A stretch of 64,000 nt of DNA from Candidatus Levyibacteriota bacterium (GCA_038254115.1 JBBSGK010000004.1:4227-68226); one strand, 5' to 3'; shown: positions 36,006 to 45,228, counted from the stretch's first letter. Notes: generated by a model not told the origin, from the letters alone. Translations and numbers: made by a program.

Positions 36006-36926
36006 CTATTTTACCATAATCGTCAAGGATTTGGGAAAAATTTCGACTTTCAATTTTTCGACCGGATCGAAAAGGTCACCATCGCATTGAAAAGCTTTTT
36101 TACCTCTTAATGAAACTACGGAAATCTCTTTGCCTGAAAGCAATTTATAGTGCGGGCTTTTGTTGATATTTCCTCTTAAAATATTGATTGCTAAATCAAT
36201 CCAGTGCAGAATTCCTGATGCCTGCATAATACCGATTCTGAGTATTCCATTATCAGCTCTCGCTCCCGGAACTGCTTCAATACCTGATTCAATGCGTCCC
36301 ATGTTTGCGATCATGACACTTTTTGCTTTATAAGTTTTAGGTGGTTTTTTATCAATTGAAACTTTATAATATCCTGATGGGGAGCCAAGGCTTTTAAATC
36401 CTCCTATTATATATGCGAAAAATCCGAGTTTGTTTTTTACTTTACGGTCAGTGTTCTGCATCAATTCTGCGTCAAGTCCTATTCCTGCGATGATTGAGAA
36501 AAATATTCCGTTTGCGCGCCCGATATCTATTTTCTGAGGCTTACCCAATAGTGCAACAGGAATTGCTTTTTTATAATCTGTTGGAATTTTAAGATTCTTG
36601 GCAAACAAATTTCCGGTACCTAGGGGGACTACTCCGATAACGGCCTTTTGTTTGCTTACAGCCTGCAGAATCTCCATTATTGTTCCGTCACCGCCGCAAG
36701 CAATTATATGTCTAGTGCCATTTGCTAGCGCTTTTTTTGCGATAGTGCCGCCATTTATTTTGCGCGACGTTTCATATGCTTTTCCATGCCATCCAAGTTC
36801 TTTTGCAATCTCTAAGATTTTATCTTTCCTTTTCTGACCATCCCCAACCCCGCTTACGGGATTGATGATAAATACAGCATTTTTTGGGCCGTTTTTAGTA
36901 TTAATTTTTATTTTTGTATCAGTCAT
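36006..36926 (-). CDS. lipid kinase, DAGK_cat family (DgkB/YegS-like), second copy
   Basis: IIACGGDGTIMEILQAV...IGVVPLGTGNLFAKNLKIP. Confidence 0.85.
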   Translation of the reverse strand: MTDTKIKINTKNGPKNAVFIINPVSGVGDGQKRKDKILEIAKELGWHGKAYETSRKINGGTIAKKALANGTRHIIACGGDGTIMEILQAVSKQKAVIGVVPLGTGNLFAKNLKIPTDYKKAIPVALLGKPQKIDIGRANGIFFSIIAGIGLDAELMQNTDRKVKNKLGFFAYIIGGFKSLGSPSGYYKVSIDKKPPKTYKAKSVMIANMGRIESGIEAVPGARADNGILRIGIMQASGILHWIDLAINILRGNINKSPHYKLLSGKEISVVSLRGKKAFQCDGDLFDPVEKLKVEIFPKSLTIMVK

Positions 36927-37001
36927 AATTTAAGCAGAATGATACATTGTATCATTTAAATTGCAATTAATGTGTGAGATTATCGATTTGATGCAAATAA
37001 T

Positions 37002-37928
37002 ATGTATTGTTATAATGTGAATGTGCAATTCAGTTTTGTCCCCAAAGGTCCCTTTAATTTACTAAACCAGAATAAATACTTCGGCGGTTGGCCCTCCCTC
37101 AACGATGAAAACAATGCGATAGTTCAAGCATTTCCAGTTGAGGGATGGAGCGATTCCGGAGCTGTTGTAATGGAGCAATCATCTGATGGAAAAATAAGAG
37201 GAGAAGTATTGGGTACAAAAAATTCAGAAAAAGCATGGAAGCAGGCTCTTGCAAATATTTCGCTTGATGTAGATGCAAGAAGTTGGCCTGAAGTAGGGCA
37301 ACGCGATCAGGTAATAAAAAATTTACAGGTGAAATATGATTATCTCCGTCCCATACTTTTCAATTCACCATATGAAGCAGCTGTTTCATTTATCATAGGT
37401 CACCGGATCTCAATCAAACAGGGGAGGGCATTAAGGCAAAATATTTCACAGGAGTTTGGTCAGGAGATTAAAATAGGCAATAAGTCATTTTTTGCTTTCC
37501 CAAATCCGGTTGTGATGCAGCGGATTGAAAAATACCCCGGACTTAGCGGCGAAAAAATAGTACGTCTTCAGGGGGTTGCTAAGGCTGCGCTTGAGGGATT
37601 ACTGGATAGAAAATATTTGCGCAGTATTCCGGTTGAAGAGGCACTTTCAAAGATTTGTACGATAAGGGGGATTGGCAAATTTTTTGCGCAGGGAATATTA
37701 CTGCGTGGCGCAGGGCTTAGTGATTTTGTAACAGAGGATGATATTACCCCGCAAGCAATCCAACAGTTGTACAAATTGGATCATGAACCGAATCGTGCTG
37801 AAGTGTTGGAGATTGCAGATAAATGGAAACCATACCGGATGTGGGCGACTGTCCTTATGCATGTTTGGATAAGAAGTGAGGGAGAGATAGTGAGAAGAAA
37901 CACTCCATTCAGTAAAGTAAAGAAATAA
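37002..37928 (+). CDS. HhH-GPD DNA glycosylase (AlkA-like, 3-methyladenine glycosylase II)
   Basis: AlkA-type N-terminal domain followed by an HhH-GPD core (...IRGIGKFFAQGILLRGAG...). Confidence 0.7.
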   Translation: MYCYNVNVQFSFVPKGPFNLLNQNKYFGGWPSLNDENNAIVQAFPVEGWSDSGAVVMEQSSDGKIRGEVLGTKNSEKAWKQALANISLDVDARSWPEVGQRDQVIKNLQVKYDYLRPILFNSPYEAAVSFIIGHRISIKQGRALRQNISQEFGQEIKIGNKSFFAFPNPVVMQRIEKYPGLSGEKIVRLQGVAKAALEGLLDRKYLRSIPVEEALSKICTIRGIGKFFAQGILLRGAGLSDFVTEDDITPQAIQQLYKLDHEPNRAEVLEIADKWKPYRMWATVLMHVWIRSEGEIVRRNTPFSKVKK

Positions 37929-37929
37929 T

Positions 37930-38060
37930 ATGAGCGATATCCCAAATATATCTTTTCAGAAGCTGCAAGTGGCGGATATTCCCCAAATTCATAAGTGGCT
38001 TAAAGAGCCGCATGTACACGCATGGTAAGATAGGTACAAGAAAAATTCTACTGGCGGCAT
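37930..38060 (+). pseudogene. truncated duplicate of the 5' end of the downstream GNAT acetyltransferase gene
   Basis: MSDIPNISFQKLQVADIPQIHKWLKEPHVHAW* versus intact MLNSHKISFRKLEVGDIPQIHKWLKEPHVHEWYDRDKKNS. The 28-nt block ATAAGTGGCTTAAAGAGCCGCATGTACA is identical. A C-to-A nonsense change turns TGGTAC into TGGTAA. Confidence 0.7.
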
Positions 38061-38075
38061 TTATTTTGCGCTCTC

Positions 38076-38915
38076 TTACATTAAACGTGTTTGGGTTTCC
38101 TCTTGGACACGTTTTGAATCAGTTATAAGAACACCCATTAACAGGTCAACCTGATCAGGAGTTAGTTTATTATCTTGTCCCCATTCGTAACGGTCATCTC
38201 TCATTGCCAATTCACGACCCTGGTCTAATATGCCGATTCCAAGAGCATGCTTTACTTTGGCAATTTCCGATGCCAACCTTCTTCTTTCTACTACAGCATC
38301 TATTATCGTAGAGTCTATTTGGGTATTATCCTCGGGTTTTATTTTTACAGCAGAGGTGACATCTGCAAATACAGCATCGAAATTTCTTAATCCTGCTTGA
38401 GTCAGGATAACTTGATCAACCCTATCTAATCCATTTCTATAATCGCTCAAGCGTTGCAGGGAAGAATCGTTACCCCCCTCAATTGGTATTTTGGTGATTG
38501 CTGGATGATGGCGGACAAATACTGCCCAGTTTTCAAACATGTCCCGTGCTGTGTTTAAGCTTTCACTATCAACTTGTCGATTATTCAAAACATGATTTAC
38601 TGTAGTTTGTACTTTTTTGGAGACTTGTGTTATATAATCATTTGGTGGCATTTCTGTAGGTTTGGCGTCCCAATCGACGATGTTACCCAGGGTAACTTCA
38701 TGATGAAACCTCTCCATTGGATTCGTAGGTATTTCCAGCAACATAATGCCTTGTTCCAATGCGCCTCTGTCGCGTCTATCATCGTAGCCATTACTTGCGC
38801 GCAAGCGTCTTCTACTGCTAAAGACGGTAATTGCATCGCTTACTCTATATAAGTCAAGGAAGGATGCTGCGCGGGGCGCATCAGGTTTTGTCGGTTTTTC
38901 AAGTGTTCCCCACAT
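38076..38915 (-). CDS. hypothetical protein (Arg-rich; inserted between the GNAT fragment and the intact GNAT gene)
   Basis: 279-aa ORF with no family recognised. Confidence 0.55.
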   Translation of the reverse strand: MWGTLEKPTKPDAPRAASFLDLYRVSDAITVFSSRRRLRASNGYDDRRDRGALEQGIMLLEIPTNPMERFHHEVTLGNIVDWDAKPTEMPPNDYITQVSKKVQTTVNHVLNNRQVDSESLNTARDMFENWAVFVRHHPAITKIPIEGGNDSSLQRLSDYRNGLDRVDQVILTQAGLRNFDAVFADVTSAVKIKPEDNTQIDSTIIDAVVERRRLASEIAKVKHALGIGILDQGRELAMRDDRYEWGQDNKLTPDQVDLLMGVLITDSKRVQEETQTRLM

Positions 38916-38963
38916 AATGCGTGATTATATACCAGCAGCCTCATTTTGTAAATCTAACGTCAT

Positions 38964-39524
38964 ATGGAGTGCTACAATATGCATATGCTTAATTCTCACA
39001 AGATATCATTCCGGAAGCTGGAAGTTGGGGATATTCCACAAATCCATAAGTGGCTTAAAGAGCCGCATGTACATGAATGGTACGATAGGGACAAAAAAAA
39101 TTCGCTTGAAGAAGTTACCGCGGAGTATACCAAATACATAACAGGGGAAGACAAAATGGATGGATACTTGGTGTGTATTGAAAATAAAGCAATAGGGTAT
39201 ATCCAGAAATACAGGATCTGGGACTGGCCTGAGTTTGCAAAAGCTTTAGGCTATGATAAGTCCACAGTAGCGATTGATATATTTATAGGAGATAAGAAGT
39301 TTATAGGAAAGGGTTTGGGATGTTGTTTTATTAAAAAGTTTCTAAAGGAAATAGTTTTCAAGGAAGAGGGGATAAGGACATGTCTTATTGATCCCGAGCC
39401 GGAAAATAAGCGTGCAATAAAGTCTTACGAAAAAGCAGGATTCCGATATGTCAAAACCCTAGATATCCCACCAGACCCGGGGCTTACTTATTTGATGGAG
39501 ATAAGGAAAGAAGACGCCAAATAG
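38964..39524 (+). CDS. GNAT-family N-acetyltransferase (aminoglycoside-acetyltransferase-like)
   Basis: GNAT core ...IGDKKFIGKGLGCCFIKKFLKEIVF...NKRAIKSYEKAGFRYV. The likely true start is the ATG at 38985 (MLNSHK...), just after a TACAAT box at 38971-38976, which implies a leaderless mRNA. Confidence 0.85.
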   Translation: MECYNMHMLNSHKISFRKLEVGDIPQIHKWLKEPHVHEWYDRDKKNSLEEVTAEYTKYITGEDKMDGYLVCIENKAIGYIQKYRIWDWPEFAKALGYDKSTVAIDIFIGDKKFIGKGLGCCFIKKFLKEIVFKEEGIRTCLIDPEPENKRAIKSYEKAGFRYVKTLDIPPDPGLTYLMEIRKEDAK

Positions 39525-39603
39525 TAATTTAATTTGAATTCTTACCAAACTGTGATGGTATTCAGATGTGGTCCTTAAGATACTTGCCTACGCTTAATGA
39601 GCT

Positions 39604-40065
39604 ATGGAAACCGTATTAATGAGTAAATCAAGTTTTGCGCAGCAAAGAATGGGCCCTGCCCAAAAAGAGTTAGTGGTAATTGAGGCCAAAAAAAAGGCAA
39701 TAGTCCGTGGAGCCGGCATTTTTTGGCTTTTCTCAACTGTCTTTATTTTTTTACGGTTTTTTCTGGAAGCGATCGGTTCTGATCCTCAGTCTTTTTTTGT
39801 CTCGTTAATTTATGTGATAAGCAGTATTTTCCTTTTTCCTTTTTTCGGAATTTTTCCACACCTCAGAAGTGTTTTGCAGCCTGGTGAGCCGACCTTTGAC
39901 CCAATGGCATTAACAGCAATATTTTGCTATACAATTTTGGTGCTGCTCACTATTGGAGTTGCTCCGCTTACAGCCAGGATATTTAAGACAAGAAAGCATG
40001 TGAAAGAGACGGTTGATAATGATCAAATCATAGACCCAACGGTCGCTGAAAAGATAATAAAATAA
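39604..40065 (+). CDS. hypothetical membrane protein
   Basis: 153 aa with three to four TM helices. Confidence 0.5.
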   Translation: METVLMSKSSFAQQRMGPAQKELVVIEAKKKAIVRGAGIFWLFSTVFIFLRFFLEAIGSDPQSFFVSLIYVISSIFLFPFFGIFPHLRSVLQPGEPTFDPMALTAIFCYTILVLLTIGVAPLTARIFKTRKHVKETVDNDQIIDPTVAEKIIK

Positions 40066-40067
40066 TT

Positions 40068-40139
40068 GCAGGGACGCCCAGACTCGAACTGGGAAAAGCA
40101 GTTTTGGAGACTGCTGTGATAACCATTTCACCACGTCCC
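40068..40139 (-). tRNA. tRNA-Trp (anticodon CCA)
   Basis: Reverse complement AGGGACGTGGTGAAATGGTTATCACAGCAGTCTCCAAAACTGCTTTTCCCAGTTCGAGTCTGGGCGTCCCTG. The anticodon loop CTCCAAA and T-arm AGTTCGAGTCT match E. coli tRNA-Trp. The 7-bp acceptor stem pairs. Confidence 0.9.
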
Positions 40140-40291
40140 TAATTGGCCACAAGTGCATTATGGCATGTAGATTATACTAAAAAGCTTACAGGTTAGCTAC
40201 ATCTTCACCTCAGCTTTGACAAACTCTTCGTTGACAATAACAAATCTTGAGATACAATGTAGGTTGATATAGAAAGGAAAACAACAGAAGT

Positions 40292-41431
40292 ATGGCTGAA
40301 AGGATAAGAAAGGGAATGGAAAGGGTAAGGGGTTCGGAAGAATCACCCAAAAAAGAAAAGCCAACAGGAATTGGAACAGGTATTTACCGGCCAAGAAAAT
40401 TACTAACTACTTTTGAGCTTGGAAGACGAAGGATAATTCTTCCACATAGAGGCGAAGAACAACGAGATGATCGAAGGATGCCTAGGATACTTACAGCTGC
40501 TGATATAGAACGAAAAATTGGCGTTGAACAAAGACGCATAGCTGGTACAACTGAAACAGTCGCGTATATGGGTTACAAAGCTGGGGAGGAGGCGCTTGGG
40601 GAAGACCATAAGGTAGATCTGATCATAACATCTACGACTCACCCCACTTCTGAACATGTTTCGAAAGAGATCGCTAAATCGCTAAAGTTGCCGGAAGATA
40701 CCCCGGCAATTGATGTCCATGCGGCATGCTCGGGATCAGCGCTGGCTTTTGCTTATTTACATGAACATAGAGAGGAAATGCTAGGAAAGAGGATACTTGT
40801 TGTAGCATCTGAAAAAATTACTGATACTCTTGTTGATCTGAGGAATGGGGGAGCGGAACTTGATCCTTCGCTCGGACAAACCATTTTTAGTGACGGCGCT
40901 GCAGCAATCGCTTTTACTTTTGGAAAGGACATTAAAACCCATTTTGCGGGCAATGAATCTCTTCCTGATGCAAGAGGAAGAACAGATTTGATAAAAATGT
41001 CTGTTGGAGACAGCTCTTTTGTGGAGCCTTGCATTACTTATCCTGTTGCTCCTTCACCCAGTACTCCTGAATATCCAAAAGGTTTCTTCACACAGGAAGG
41101 CGGGGCGGTTTATGAAGGAGTTCAATCCGCTATACCCGACATAATACGAGATGCAGTAAAGGCATCCACGTGTAGGCCTGAAGAAATAGATCTTGTAGTC
41201 GCGCATTCCGGAAGTAAAAAAATGGTAGAGGCATTAAAGAGAAGATTAGGTGAGTATAAATTGCATGCATTATACAAAGAAGGTAACGTGTCTTCAGTAT
41301 CTATGCTTTATGCTTTGATAGATGCAATAGACGAAGGATTAATTGGGAAGGGAAGTAAAGTGGTCTTATCAGGATTTGGGGCCGGAAGTCCTGATCTTTT
41401 TTCCTCAACTGTTGTAGCAGAGCTTGGGTAA
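40292..41431 (+). CDS. 3-oxoacyl-ACP synthase III (FabH / KAS III)-like condensing enzyme
   Basis: Active-site Cys context VHAACSGSALAF, His/Asn region VVAHSGSKKM, C-terminal GFGAGS. It has a basic N-terminal extension, and the start could be one of the internal Met codons. Confidence 0.75.
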   Translation: MAERIRKGMERVRGSEESPKKEKPTGIGTGIYRPRKLLTTFELGRRRIILPHRGEEQRDDRRMPRILTAADIERKIGVEQRRIAGTTETVAYMGYKAGEEALGEDHKVDLIITSTTHPTSEHVSKEIAKSLKLPEDTPAIDVHAACSGSALAFAYLHEHREEMLGKRILVVASEKITDTLVDLRNGGAELDPSLGQTIFSDGAAAIAFTFGKDIKTHFAGNESLPDARGRTDLIKMSVGDSSFVEPCITYPVAPSPSTPEYPKGFFTQEGGAVYEGVQSAIPDIIRDAVKASTCRPEEIDLVVAHSGSKKMVEALKRRLGEYKLHALYKEGNVSSVSMLYALIDAIDEGLIGKGSKVVLSGFGAGSPDLFSSTVVAELG

Positions 41432-41661
41432 TTTACTAAGATATAAATATGAATCCTCTTTCTATTTTATTGTGGTGTTTGAGTAGACTTGTATGCCTGA
41501 AGCCAGTTATTTGAAATTTCTTTTTGCGCATCAGGAAGACTTATAAATTATAGGAAATTCTATGCTACCAACATATATCTATTGACAATTTATTGTTTAT
41601 AGTTTATACTACGAGACATGAGTCATTTTTCAGAACTAGGGCGTAAAGACATTTAGCAGCA

Positions 41662-42150
41662 ATGGGCGGCAACCCAGAGCCTGTTGCGCCTGTCGATATG
41701 TTAAGCATGCCAAAAAAGGATTTTAGAGCTAACCTACTTGTAACCAGAAGTTTGGAAAGATTTGTAATAAAGGCTTATGAAAGAAGCAATAAATTGTCTG
41801 TTGAGGATGAAAATAGTTATGACTGGGATTTATTGGATAGTAGAATTAGGGAAGTTGATGAAGCAGTAATGAAAGCAGTTGAAGAAAATAAAGTGGGAGA
41901 TGTTATTGTACACTTAGGATACTCTAATTTAAAACAGGATCAAGAAATGTTTGGATTATTAAGTCTTTACTCTGGACAATTTTTAGCAGATGGTCCTAAG
42001 GAAGAGGATGGTTACCGCGTATTTAAAAAATCAACTATTCACGGCTTGTATTTAGAGAGTTTTTCACCCGTAGAGGGCTCTCCTAGAATCAGGCTATTAG
42101 GCGCGAATAAATTACCCCCAAAAGTAAAAGCCGAATTTGGCATAAAATAA
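41662..42150 (+). CDS. hypothetical protein
   Basis: 162-aa ORF with no family recognised. Confidence 0.45.
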   Translation: MGGNPEPVAPVDMLSMPKKDFRANLLVTRSLERFVIKAYERSNKLSVEDENSYDWDLLDSRIREVDEAVMKAVEENKVGDVIVHLGYSNLKQDQEMFGLLSLYSGQFLADGPKEEDGYRVFKKSTIHGLYLESFSPVEGSPRIRLLGANKLPPKVKAEFGIK

Positions 42151-42481
42151 TATTTGTACCAAGCACTCATATCTACAACATTTTTTGAAGAAACTGTATC
42201 TACTTTTACTTGTATACTCCCTGGAATAAATCGGGTTTATGGCGCTCAGGAGGACATTATTTCAACTTTTCTGATTCTTTGTGATCTGTTACCTTTTTAC
42301 AAAATTTGCACCATTTTTTCAAAACAAGCTTTTCAGGTGTTTCCATCTTATTTTTTTGGCTGATGTAATTGCGGCTTTTACAAATAGAACAAACCAAGCC
42401 TATTTTTATTCTGTGTTCTCCCTTTTTGGCCATAATCTAGCTATTATACAATATTTGGAATCAAACTGCCACTACAATTGA

Positions 42482-42553
42482 GCCGAAGATGGGAATCGGA
42501 CCCATGATCTAGTCATTACCAATGACTTGCTCTACCACTGAGCCACTTCGGCA
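42482..42553 (-). tRNA. tRNA-Thr (anticodon GGT)
   Basis: Reverse complement GCCGAAGTGGCTCAGTGGTAGAGCAAGTCATTGGTAATGACTAGATCATGGGTCCGATTCCCATCTTCGGCT. Cloverleaf with anticodon loop TTGGTAA. Confidence 0.85.
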
Positions 42554-42600
42554 TTCGTTTCATCATGTGTGAACAAGCTTATTCTGATGAGTCAGTTTGT

Positions 42601-42684
42601 GCCAGCTGAGGGACTCGAACCCCCGTAGGCCTTACGGCCGCCTCGTCTACAGCGAGGTGCAATTGCCGCTATGCGAAGCTGGCA
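42601..42684 (-). tRNA. tRNA-Tyr (anticodon GTA), long variable arm
   Basis: Reverse complement GCCAGCTTCGCATAGCGGCAATTGCACCTCGCTGTAGACGAGGCGGCCGTAAGGCCTACGGGGGTTCGAGTCCCTCAGCTGGCA. Anticodon loop CTGTAGA. 84 nt. Confidence 0.85.
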
Positions 42685-42686
42685 GA

Positions 42687-42750
42687 TTAGTCGTTAGCTG
42701 TTAGTCATTAGTCGTTGGCTAAAGACAAAAGACCAAAGACCAAAAGCTAA
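42687..42750. repeat. heptamer tandem repeats in the tRNA spacer: (TAGTCRT)x4 followed by (AAAGACC)x3
   Basis: ttagtcgttagctgttagtcattagtcgttggctaaagacaaaagaccaaagaccaaaagc lies between tRNA-Tyr and tRNA-Thr(TGT). Confidence 0.6.
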
Positions 42751-42754
42751 TTTG

Positions 42755-42826
42755 AGCCGAGACGGGGATTCGGACCCCGGACCTGCTGTTTACAAAACAG
42801 CTGCTCTACCGCTGAGCTATCTCGGC
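42755..42826 (-). tRNA. tRNA-Thr (anticodon TGT)
   Basis: Reverse complement GCCGAGATAGCTCAGCGGTAGAGCAGCTGTTTTGTAAACAGCAGGTCCGGGGTCCGAATCCCCGTCTCGGCT. Anticodon loop TTTGTAA. Confidence 0.85.
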
Positions 42827-43025
42827 AAAAAGATTATATGATTTTACCAAACGGGGGAAGCTTGGGCAAGCAGCAAAGAGTTAAGATTTATCAGTATTGT
42901 TCCAGGGGATGCAGATTTTTTCAACAGCCGATCTCTCTTGTAGTTGTCCGCCGACAAATATTAAGAAATGCATACGTGCATTATAATACTTTATGTTTGG
43001 GGGTGAAATTGGAGTTTAAAAAAGT

Positions 43026-43340
43026 TTATCTAGGTTCTCTTCTAGGTGAAGACCTGCGTGGTTGCAATTTTCGAGTAACTAGTGGAAACACTTCTTTAGA
43101 AGCTCTTCTCCTGCCAGGCATTCCAACCGCTCCTCTTAACTCATCAATGGTAGCGGGAGTACCTTCTTGAGTTTTCAGGGCTTGATCAAATTCTTGAGCA
43201 GTTACTATTAGGGTGAGTACACCTCTATCTATGCGGAATGGTGGTTCTATTGGATCCAGACCCATTGCTATTCTCTGGTATTTAGTAGCATTTTCTTGAT
43301 CTGAGCGTGACGGCTCTCTTTCTCCACCTTTTGTAACCAT
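43026..43340 (-). CDS. hypothetical small protein (Arg-rich C-terminus)
   Basis: 104-aa ORF with no family recognised. Confidence 0.35.
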   Translation of the reverse strand: MVTKGGEREPSRSDQENATKYQRIAMGLDPIEPPFRIDRGVLTLIVTAQEFDQALKTQEGTPATIDELRGAVGMPGRRRASKEVFPLVTRKLQPRRSSPRREPR

Positions 43341-43374
43341 AATAGTATAGCTAACTAATTTGGATAAATTCTTG

Positions 43375-43544
43375 CTCTATGATATGGGTTTGGCTGGTAT
43401 TTTCCCGAGCTAAAACTAATTAGGAAGGTTATCCCGTGCACCACGGTGCAAAGGACTTGCCTCATCTCCCACTTGCGCAGGATACCCCAGGATTTGTGAA
43501 CTTGTTGAGAAAAATTATCCAACCAAATATCCAATATCAAAGAG
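43375..43544. ncRNA. candidate structured RNA or small palindromic element (ends form an approximately 20-bp imperfect helix)
   Basis: 5' TTGCTCTATGATATGGGTTTGG pairs with 3' CCAAATATCCAATATCAAAGAGCAA (7 + 6 + 2 + 5 bp). A further helix TGG...TTTTC / GAAAA...CCA and an internal GCACC-ACG-GTGC hairpin are present. The 170-bp ORF-free region lies between hypothetical ORFs. Strand and identity are unknown. Confidence 0.2.
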
Positions 43545-43941
43545 CAAGGATAGTATATGGTGGGTGATGTGAAAAGTCAAGGAGAGTTTATGTTATTTTA
43601 ACGTCTACGTCTTTGCTGAAGTCTATCCATTAGGGAAGGAAGCTGAGGATCTTCCGGTGCGCCATTAGCCCGCTCGCTGCGAGTTATCCGTCTAAGTTTA
43701 TGAACAGCGTAGACTGCGCCAAGCGGTACTGTCAGAGTTGCAAATTCAAGGACTTTTAGAGGAGTGATATTTGCCAATTGTTCTTTTCCCATTAATTATG
43801 ATTATATTTCTTTTTTTGAAAAAGTCAACAACACCAGTTCGTACAGGAAGGACCAAACAGGATAAAGCGTTCTCTGTCCTCCTGAGGCCAACAGCCGAAG
43901 GATCTAGATTATTTGTTCCGCTCAGAATGACAAAAGGCTTA

Positions 43942-45228
43942 CTACATCATGCAGGTGAAGTTGGGGTGATTTTTGTCTGCTTTGAAAAATCCGCCCCATT
44001 CGGTGACTGTGAAGCCCCGCCTTTTAAATCCAGGAAGGTGGGGAGGAGTAACATTTACAGGTTTATCAAGCGCTTTGAAATATAGCGCAACACGGAGCGT
44101 GCTGTCAGGTACCGGCTGAATACTAAGAGGCGCCAGACTATCAATATCCCGCTCCGGCATTACTCCGACAAAATAATATGGGGAGGCGGGGAGCGCCTTG
44201 AGCCAATATTTTGTAAATTGTAACTGTTCTCTTTCATTCAGTCCGAGTTTGGGGAGAATATCATGGAAAAGTTGAGACAAATCTTGGTGTTTTGTCACAT
44301 ATCCACTTTGCGGGATATTTAATAGCTTATCTGGGATAGCAGCCTCCCAGTACAGATAAGGATAAGATGCGCTGTTGTATGAAATTTCACCATCTGGAGA
44401 GGCACTCACGTCCCATCCGCCCATGGGATACAGTGGAATTGTCTGGGTGAATTTGCCAACAGGCTTTACTTCTACATGAATATCTGATTTTTGAGTAGGG
44501 TATAAGTTGATCGCCGGTTTGCACCATGCTGAGAACCAGCGGTTGTTGGGGGTTTCTACATTGAAAGTTTCAAGCTGCAGATTTTTTTTACCGTTGGCCG
44601 GGGGAGTATTGATAATACTCTGCTTGGAAGTATCATCGGGTTTGGGACACATTGTCGAGACCACATTTGGAACAGCCCCATCACTTAAGCGGAAATATAC
44701 ATCAAAAGGGAGGGATTCAGTTGCTTTATTTGCTTTACATGTAGTTGCGCCATTGCGGCAAACATAAATGATCTCGTCATCGGGAACACAAAAATACCCG
44801 CCAAAGTAAGGTTCACCCGGAGGTTTTTCGGGCCCTCCTGCTATGAAATCCATACCGTTCTGACAACCAGGCAGAAGCGGGCCCAACGGATGGGATTTTA
44901 CGTAATCATTGCGGTCACTTATATTTATAAATATTCTATCGCCTGCAGGACTGTACTGTTCCGTTGGTTCTGTGTGAACTGGCTCTTTCTGATAAATGTT
45001 GGATTTTAAAAGTCCGTATGTTTGTCCGTTGTATGTAAGTTGTTTTTGGTTATTTGGGTGGCAGTCGGCTCCCGATCCACTGTCACAGCATGCATATGCG
45101 GCGCTTGATGATGAAGGCGTTTCGTTTTTTGGGGTAATTCCGCCAACTAAGCCATTTGTAAACGCAATTATAATTGCGAGAATGAGAACGATAAATAAAG
45201 CTCCGGCACTTCCTCCTTTTTCTTTCAT
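43942..45228 (-). CDS. hypothetical secreted Cys-rich protein
   Basis: 428 aa. Signal/anchor ALFIVLILAIIIAF; many Cys in the N-terminal third. Confidence 0.6.
   Translation of the reverse strand: MKEKGGSAGALFIVLILAIIIAFTNGLVGGITPKNETPSSSSAAYACCDSGSGADCHPNNQKQLTYNGQTYGLLKSNIYQKEPVHTEPTEQYSPAGDRIFINISDRNDYVKSHPLGPLLPGCQNGMDFIAGGPEKPPGEPYFGGYFCVPDDEIIYVCRNGATTCKANKATESLPFDVYFRLSDGAVPNVVSTMCPKPDDTSKQSIINTPPANGKKNLQLETFNVETPNNRWFSAWCKPAINLYPTQKSDIHVEVKPVGKFTQTIPLYPMGGWDVSASPDGEISYNSASYPYLYWEAAIPDKLLNIPQSGYVTKHQDLSQLFHDILPKLGLNEREQLQFTKYWLKALPASPYYFVGVMPERDIDSLAPLSIQPVPDSTLRVALYFKALDKPVNVTPPHLPGFKRRGFTVTEWGGFFKADKNHPNFTCMM

Noticed and set aside
42154-42481. Two overlapping small plus-strand ORFs (69 and 66 aa) upstream of the tRNA cluster
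   Set aside because: AT-rich, overlapping, Phe/Leu/Ile-rich products. This is more likely a non-coding promoter or terminator region for the tRNA operon.
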